From the human T2T-CHM13v2.0 reference genome, Homo sapiens: DNA of 64,000 nt. Position numbers and translations under genes: made by a program. Below, piece by piece: positions 55,642 to 64,000 of the stretch (positions are counted from its first letter, which is position 1; every line of letters begins with the position of its first letter). Location of the stretch: NCBI RefSeq assembly GCF_009914755.1, contig NC_060938.1; one strand, written 5' to 3'. The notes below the pieces were generated by a model. It did not search any database, was not told where the DNA came from, and worked only from the letters and a program-made list of their open reading frames with translations.

Positions 55642-58579
55642 TGATATGGTTTGGATGTTTGTCCCCTACAAATCTCATGTTGAAATGTAATTCTCAGTGT
55701 TGGAGGTGGGGCCTGGTGGGAGGTGATTGGACCATGAGGGCAAATCCCTCATGAATGGTTTATCATCATCCCCTTGGTGACAAATGAGTTCTTGTTCAGT
55801 TAGTTCGTGTGAGATCTGGTTGTTTTAAAGTGTGTGACACTTCTCTCTTTGCTCTCTTGTTCCCTCTCTCATCATGTGATGTGCCACTCCCCCTTTGCCT
55901 TCTGCTATGATTGAAAGCTTCCTGAGGCCTCACCAGAAGCTGAGCAGATGCCAGCACCATGCTTCCTGTACATCCTGCAGCACTGTGAGCCAATTAAATA
56001 TCTTTACAAATTTAAACCTGTTTATGAATTTCTTTATAAATTACTCAGTCTTGGGTATTTCTTTATAGCAGCCCAAGAATGGCCTAACAGAAAATTGGTA
56101 CCAAGGAGAAGAGCACTTGTGATAAAGATACTTGAAAATCTATATACTATCTTTACTTGATACTTGAAAAGCAGCTTTGAGACTGTGTGATGTCAGAGGT
56201 TGGAAGAGTTTGGAGGGTTCAAAAAAAGATAGGAAGATGAGGGAAAGTTTGGAACTTCTCAGAAACTGTTAAATGGTTGTGACCAAAATGCTGATAGAAA
56301 TATGGGAAGTGATGGTCAGGCTGAGGAGGTCTCGGAGGGGACATGAGAAACTTATTGAGAACTCCCTAGCAAAGGACTTGGCTGCATTGTGTCCATGTCC
56401 TACGGTTTTGTGGAAGTTTGAACTTAAGAGTGATGACTTAGGGTATCAGGTGGAAGAAATTTCTAGGCAACAAAGCATTCAAGAAGTCACATAGCTGCTT
56501 CTAACAGCTGACAATCAGATGTGGAAGAAAAGGCACAACTTAAAGTTGGAACTTATATGTAAAAGGGAAGTAGAGCATAAAAATTTGGAAAATTCATAGC
56601 CTATCCATGTGGTAGAGAAGGAAAGCCTGTTTTCATGGGAAGAATTCAAGAGAGCTGTGGTGCAACCACTTGCTAGAGAGATTAGCATGACTGAAAGAAA
56701 GATAACTGCCAATATTCAAGAGAATGGGGAAAAGGCTTCAAAGGCATTTCAGAGATCTTTCAGGCCACCTGATATGGTTTGGTTTTGTGGTACCACCCAA
56801 ATCTCATGTCAAATTGGGGGAGGGGCCTGGTAGGAGGTGATTGAATCATGGGGGAGGATATCCCCCTTGCTGTTCTTGTGATAGTAAGTTCTCGAGATCT
56901 GATAGTTTAAAAAGTGTGTAGCATTTCTCTTCTCTCTCTCTCTTTTTCCTGCTGCCATGTAAGACATGCCTTGCTTCCCCTTCACCTTCTTCAATGCTTG
57001 TAAGTTTCCTGAGGGCTCCCAGTCATGCTTCCTGTTAAGCCTCCTGTGGAATCATGAGTCAATTAAACCTATTTTCTTCATAAGCTATCCAGTCTCAGGC
57101 AATTTGTTGCAGCAGAGAATGGACTAATATACCACCCATCCCATTATAGGCCCAGAGGCCCAAGAGGAAAGACTAATACACCACCCTCCCATTATAGGCC
57201 CAGAGGCCTAAGAGGAAAAATTGGTTTAGTAGATCAGGCCCAGGGCCTCATTGTCCTACACAGCCTCAGCACACTGCTCCCCACAATCAGGTGCTCTGGC
57301 TCCAGCCTCAGCTCAAAGTGCTCAAAGCTTAGGCTGCTGCTTGGGGAATGCAAGCCACCATGAACCCTAGCAGTTTCCACATGGTGTTAAGCCTGTGGGC
57401 ATACAGAATGCAATCATAAAGGAGACTTGGCAGCTTCCCCCTAGATTTCAGAAGATTCGTGGAAAAGCCCAGGAGCCCAGGCGCCCAGGCAGAAATCTGC
57501 TACAAGAGTGGAGCCTCCACAGAAAACCTCTGCTAGGGCAGTGCTGAAGACAAATGTGGAGTTGGAGCCCACACACAGAGTCTCCATCAGGGCACTGCCT
57601 AGTGGAGCTGTGGGAAGAGGGCTACCGCCCTCCAAACCTGAGAATAGTTGTTTCATGGCAGCCTGCGTCTTGAGCCTGGAAAAGCTGCAGGCAACCAACT
57701 CTAACTCATGAGAGCGGCCATGGGGGCTGCACCCTGCAAAGCCACATGGGTAGAGCTGTGTGTGGCCTTGGGAGCCCACCCTTTGCACCAGTGTGCCATA
57801 GATGCAGAATATGGAATTAAAGGAGATTCTTTGGGGGTTTAAGCTGTAATGACTGCTCTGCTGGGTTTCAGACTGATATGGGGCCTGTAGCCTTTTTCTT
57901 TTGGCCAATTCTCCCTTTTGGAATGGTAATTTATACCCAATGCCTGTGCCACCATTGTATCTTGGGAATAAATAACTTACTTATTTATTATCTCAGAGGC
58001 TCACAGGTGGGAGAAACTCATCTTCAGATGAGACTTGAGACTTGGGACTTTTGAGTTAATGCTGGGATGAGTTAAGACTTCAAGGAACTTTAGAAAGACA
58101 TGAATGTATTTCGGAATGTGAGAAGGACATGAGATTTGTGGGTCCAGAGGCAGAATGATGTGGTTTGGATGTTTGTCCCCTCCAAATCTCATATTGAAAT
58201 GTGATTCTCAATGTTGGTGGTGGTGTGGCATGGAATAAAGTGATCAGATTATATGGGTGGATCTTTCATGAATGGTTTAGTGCCATCCCTTTGGTGATAA
58301 GTGATCTCTCTCTCAGTTCACAGGAGATTTAGTTGTTTAAAACTGTGTGGCACCTTCTTCCTCACTCTCTTACTCTGGCTCTCACTATATGATGTGCCTG
58401 CTCCCCTTTGGCCTTCTGCCATGTCTGCGAGCTTCCTAAAGTCTCACCAGAATATGAGGAGATGCCAGTGCCATGTGTGCTGTGCAGTCTGCCAGGACCA
58501 TGAGCCAATTAAACTCCTTTTCTTTATGTTATCCAGCTTCAGGTGTTCCTTTATAACAATGCAAGAATAGCCTAACACA
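55642..58579 (+). mobile_element. Complete MST (A/B-type) MaLR element: LTR 55642-~56088, internal region, LTR 58156-58579
   Basis: Two homologous LTRs (tgat.tggtttggatgtttgtcccct..cctaaca), MaLR internal sequence and a purine-rich tract before the 3' LTR. TSD acttc/actcc. Confidence 0.92.
56770..57131 (+). mobile_element. THE1D/MSTA-like solo LTR inside the MST internal region
   Basis: tgatatggtttgg..cccaaatctcatg...gaatggactaata. Perfect TSD CCACC at 56765-56769 and 57132-57136. Confidence 0.9.
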
Positions 58580-59420
58580 ACTCCTTTTCCAAATAAGATC
58601 ACTTTCACAGGTTCTGGAGGTTAGCACCTGAACATACATTTTGAGGATCGCTACTCAAGCCACTATGCCCTGTATTAAAGATAGCTGGCTCTGTTTGACT
58701 TATCTATCTAGGCACATTTAAGAAGCCAGAGATTGGCAGCCACCACCTCCACCGAAGTGGATTTAATGCTTGAGGATCAGAAGCAAAGGAGAGGACTAGA
58801 GGGCAGGCATGCCTGCTGCATCTGAGCACATTCAGTCCAAGAGGTCAAGACAGAAAGGCATTTCTATTGTTAGTAGTGCTCTCCCTAGAAAACTGTGGCC
58901 CACTGGAAGAGGAGTTCTCACTATTCAAATTCATGACTCCTTATCCTAGGGGAAAAGTAAGAAAGATACAGAAAGTGAGCCAAGGTGTTTATTCTAAACA
59001 ACTCCTTAGCTTATCGGGAGAAAAGAAGCAGTCCTCTCCTCCACAGAAATTCATGAAAGGACAATGGGTTTCCTCACTAATTCCTCATTCTGGTCTTCAA
59101 AAAGAAATGCACTAATATGAGCTAATAGTTTAAGTTAGTCTATAATGTTTGAAAAGTTGGCTCCAAGTTGATACAAAGATGTATTCACTCATTAGTCATT
59201 TATTTAGCAATGTAGGCTAAGCACCACCTACGTTCTGTAAATATAGGGGTAATGAGGTAGTCGTGATCCCTGCCCAAATGGAATGTATAGGGTAGTTCGT
59301 GGGACAACATACTATATCATAATTACCATCTTCCATTGTCTAAGTGTTCTGATATAGAAGCAAAGACCAAGGATCTTGTAACCTAGTTATTCAGGAAGTG
59401 GCACTAAGACTTAGACCCAA

Positions 59421-59758
<338 letters not shown>

Positions 59759-60336
59759 TTAGACTCAAAGAGAAAGTAGTATGTTGGTAAAGGAAAACAA
59801 GACAGGCAGATAGCAGGTGAGAGAGAACCTGGAACTGTAGCAGCTGGTGAAATAAACAGATATTAGGAAACAAAGGGTCTTGTACACATGTTGAGGTGTT
59901 TGAACTTGTTCTACAAGCTTTGAGGACTCTCTGAAGAGCTAGTGGCATGATCAGATTTGCATGTTGAAATACTCACTTCTAACTACAACATGAAGAATTG
60001 ATTAATGAAAAGCAGAGGTGCAATAGCCAATTAAGAATCTCTTGTGATAAAATACAGTTGTTTATTTGTATGTTCTATGTGAAAATGAACCAAAATCCAC
60101 TGTGGACCTCCTATTCAGTTATCCCCGCCTCTGATTCCACAGTCTGTGGGTCACAGTGGCTAGTCTAGGGTGGAAGGAATTTAGGGGTTGCTGCTTAAAT
60201 TTCACAGTGATGCATCTTCAGCCTTCAGATTGGCTTAAGTCAAAGGAATAAATTATCAGTCTTTGTATGTAGAAACTGACTTCAGGCATATCTGGATCTG
60301 GGGATTCAAACAATGCCATAAGAACAAGGTCTTTCT

Positions 60337-60539
60337 GCCTGGCCAAAACGGTGAAACCCCGCCTCTATTGAAAATACAAAAATTAGCCAGGAGTGGTGGT
60401 GCACACCTGTAATCCCAGCTACTCAGGAGGCCAAGGTATTGAGAATCACTTCAACCCCGGAGGCGGAGGCTGCAGTGAGCCAAGATCATGCCACTGCACT
60501 CCATCCTGGTCAACAGAGTGAGACCCTGTCTCAAAAAAC

Positions 60540-60570
<31 letters not shown>

Positions 60571-60572
60571 AA
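60337..60572 (+). mobile_element. 5'-truncated AluS
   Basis: Begins at gcctggccaaaacggtgaaacccc, has a full right arm and an (AAAAC)n tail. Confidence 0.9.
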
Positions 60573-61794
60573 CAGATTGAGGTCCCTCTCTCCATTTTTT
60601 AAATTCTGCCCTCCTTCATATTGACATCACCATTGGTGATATCTTCTCCAAAACTGTGGCTCTTTTAAATTAACTCATGGGTTGCATCTTCCTAGCTTCA
60701 TAAGCAGCAGTAAGAGTGCATTGACTCTTCTAAAAATTATGAAAAAGTCCTCCCATTAATACAAATTGGATCATATGTCCAACTCTGAACCAACTAGCAT
60801 GTTAAGAAAATAGAATATATTTCTAAGGTTGGTTGTGGTTAAGGTGCTCATCCCTGAAGTGGGGCATAGGCACATCTTATATGAAATAGACTAAAAGTGA
60901 GAGACAGGCAATGGTTAAAAGGAAATCATACGTGTCATTATTCTGTAAGTCTCAAAAGTAAAGGTACTGGATTCTGGACTAACAAAAGGTTTCCACCACA
61001 CAACCTCATTCTTCTAATCTGTCAAACACAGATTTATATAATCAATCTATATTTTTTTCATTAATAATCTCAGGTTGTGTACAAGAATCCTAGAACTTGT
61101 GAAAGAACCATTATGAAGGCTTGGGCTTCTTTCTGGGTAAATTCGACCTCTCGGTTCAACCAGATTGTGGCATTATTTGCTGTGCAGCAGCCAGGTGGAC
61201 TCCATTCTGGGGCAGAGAAGCCTGCCAGCTGATTATTCCATGTCCCATTCTAATTTAGGTCTCAAAGAAAATTGTCACAGCCTTGAGTGAAGCCATCTTG
61301 GAATCAGGGATTGAGACCAAGAGAACAATGGAATAACACAAAGCCCAGGGCTTTGCCTTTCTCATTGGGGAACTCCTGTATTCCATGCAGAGTAAGAGTC
61401 AAATCTTACTCTACATGGATACAAATCCCATATCCATAAAATGCAAGTCAATCCCTGAGAGAATCTGTGAGAGGTACACCAGTTATCTTGGCCAAATCAA
61501 TGTCTAAGAAGCAAGGAGTCAGAACCCTGGCCAGCAAAGATGGAAGGGCGTCCTTTTGGCTGCAGAAGCCACCTGGAAATTCAAATGCAGCGGTGAATAC
61601 AGTGGAACTCCTGGTGGCTAACACCACTGAACAGCATTGCATCACAATCCAAAATGCCTTTCTCTGGCTCCTCTTCATCAGCCAAAGAATCATGAAGTTA
61701 CAGTGAAAAATATAACTTTTCTTCAGGATGTCCATAATTGGAATTTTGAACAATGAACTAGAACTTGGCATCAGGGACCTTTTTTTTTTTCTTT

Positions 61795-62270
61795 TCCATA
61801 GCAGGCATCTATCTTTTCTGGCTGATTAAGGTCTGTTTCCCTTTATTGTAAAAATATTCCCATCTCAGTGATGCAAGTGAGATTCCAGGAGTGGACATGA
61901 GGACCTGGCCTGTGCAAACTTTGGCCACAGTGACTGGTTCAATGATGAGCATGTGACCTAATTAAGGTCAATGAAAGTTATACCTGGGACTTTTGCTTAA
62001 ATTATTGGAACTGAATGCCCTTTATTCTCTGGGACATTAATATGGCAGGATGTAAGCTCAAAGCTGATGAGTAAGTGTCTCCACATGGAGACAGAGAGAG
62101 AAAAAGCAATAAATTCTTGATGCAGATGACCTTTTTTGAGCTTCGAGATCACCTTCTGCTTAAAGTCAGATCTATTCCTGAGCTTTACCATTATGTGAGA
62201 TAAGAATCTCTCCATTTTTGCTTCAGTGAAATTTCAAGCCCCTGCAACTGAAAGTTTTCTGTCTAATACA
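61795..62270 (+). mobile_element. MLT1K-like LTR
   Basis: tggccacagtgactggttcaatgatgagcatgtgacc; cctgggacttttgct; ends tgcaactgaaagttttctgtctaataca. Confidence 0.7.
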
Positions 62271-62555
62271 GTTTCTAAGTCCTCAAGGTGCCTCCACACT
62301 CAGATTCAAGGTATTCAGAGCATGGTATTAAGTGGAATCCTTTCCATGTGGAAATATTAACAAACAGGAAAAGTGAGCCTCCACTTCCACCCAGATCTAG
62401 CTTAATCTGGAGAATTAGTACAGAGGGAAAGTTTATGCCCTAGTAAGACATGCAGCATGTATTTGTTAAGATAAAATTCTCTTTTATCTTCGCAATAGGA
62501 CAATTATAAAATGAGCAATAGGGACATTATAAAACGATCAGTAATTGTGATTGAC

Positions 62556-63328
62556 TTTTTATTTTTATTTTTAATTATTATGCGTACATAATAGTTGTAT
62601 ATGTTATTGGGTACATGTGATGTTTTCATACAAGCATACAATGTGTAATGATCAAATCAGGGTAATTGAAGTATGCATCGCCTCAAGCATTTATCATTTC
62701 TTTGTGTTGGAAACATTCCAATTTCACTCTTGGTAAATGGAGTATCCATCACCTCAAGCATTTATCATTTCTTTGTGTTAGAAACAGTCCAATTTCTCTC
62801 TTTTCATTATTTTAAAATAAGCAATAAATTCTTGTTAGCTATAATCACCCAATTGTGCTACCAAATACTAGATCATATTCATTTTATCTAACTGTACTTT
62901 TGTACCCACTAACTATTACCATTTCAGCCCCCTCTCCCTGCTATCTTTTCTAGTCTCTAGTAACCGTCACTCTACTCTCTATCTCCATGAGTTCAAAAAA
63001 AATATTTTTTTTAGCTCTCACATATGAGCGAGAATATGTGATATCTGTCTTCCTGTGCCTGGTTTATTTCACTTAACATAATGTCTCCCAGTTCCATCTA
63101 TGTTGTTACAAATGACAGGGTTTTGTTCTTTTTATGGCTGAATAATATTCCACTGTGTATATACACCACATTTTCATTATCCATTCATTCATTCTTCCAT
63201 TGATGGACACTCAGATTGATTCTATATCTTGGCTACTGTAAATAGTGCTGCAATTAACATAGGAGTACAGATATCTATTCAATATACTGACTTTCTTTCT
63301 TTTGAATATGTAGCCAGCAGTGAAATTG
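62556..63328 (-). mobile_element. L1MA (1-3-like) 3' end
   Basis: Poly-T, then gggtacatgtgatgtttt..atacaatgtgtaatgatcaaatcagggtaattg and tttatggctgaataatattcc. Confidence 0.9.
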
Positions 63329-64000
63329 TAATCCTAAAATATATACAAAACCACAAAAGACCAGAATAGCCAAAGCCATCCTGAGCAAAAAGAACAAAAT
63401 TAGAGGAATCTCATTTCCTGACTTCAAATTATACTTCAAAGCTATGGTAACTGAAACATTGTGGTACTGACATAAAAACAGATACTTAGACCTATGGAAC
63501 AGAATAACTCCAGACATAACTCCACACATTTAAAGTTAACTAATTTTCAACAAAAGTACCAAACACATACACATTGGAGAAAGGATAGTTTCTTCAATAA
63601 ATGGTGCTGGGAAAACTAGATACCCATACGTAGAAGAATGAAACTAGACCCCGTCTCTTACCATACACAAAAATAAAATTAAAATTTATTAAAGACTTTA
63701 ATTTGGGGTCTGAAACTATGAAACTATTACAAGAAAACATTGAGGACATCCAGAACATAGATCTGGACAAAGATTTCTTGAGTAAGTTCTTAAAAGCACA
63801 GGCAACTAAAGCAAAAATGGACAATTTGGATCACATTAAGCTAAAAAGCTTCTGCTCAAAGAAATAATCCGAATTGAAGAGACAACCCACAGAATGGGAG
63901 AAAATATCTGCAAACTACTCATTTGACAAGAGATTAATAACCAGAATATATAAAGAGTTCAAACAACTCAATAGAGAAAAATAATCTGATTAAAAAAATG
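63329..64000 (+). mobile_element. Inverted L1MA ORF2 segment (runs off window end)
   Basis: [26 protein letters not shown] and [10 protein letters not shown] motifs on the + strand. Confidence 0.9.

Larger units (their letters stand above)
55268..58667 (-). mobile_element. MLT1B/C LTR split by an MST insertion (pieces 55268-55641 and 58585-58667)
   Basis: ataacaaatcaccacaaacttggtggcttaaaacaa; ccttgcctctttcagcttctggtggct. Resumes at ttttccaaataagatcactttcacaggttctgg. Confidence 0.88.

Noticed and set aside
57441-57908. 155-aa - strand ORF
   Set aside because: It is antisense to the decayed MaLR internal region.

Overview
This is AT-rich primate (human or ape-like) genomic DNA, intronic or intergenic, and it consists largely of interspersed repeats. 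Repeat family calls come from recalled consensus sequences, so subfamily names need a RepeatMasker/Dfam check. The dominant feature is a full-length ~6.16-kb LINE-1 (L1PA3-like, 22778-28935) with a perfect 14-bp TSD. Its ORF1 and ORF2 are disrupted, but the antisense ORF0 is open and the ~129-bp ZNF93-target segment is retained. The rest comprises seven Alus, older L1 fragments (one with a twin-priming inversion), L2 and MIR relics, MaLR/ERVL LTRs (including a three-level nest at 55.3-58.7 kb) and DNA-transposon MITEs. I recognise no host protein-coding exon, tRNA, rRNA or CRISPR array, and I find no convincing new biological system. The best leads are a near-perfect hairpin joining two tail-to-tail L2 ends, a cluster of AT-rich palindromes (one with perfect 30-bp arms), an unidentified polyadenylated insert inside an old L1, and a compact array of nuclear-receptor half-sites.
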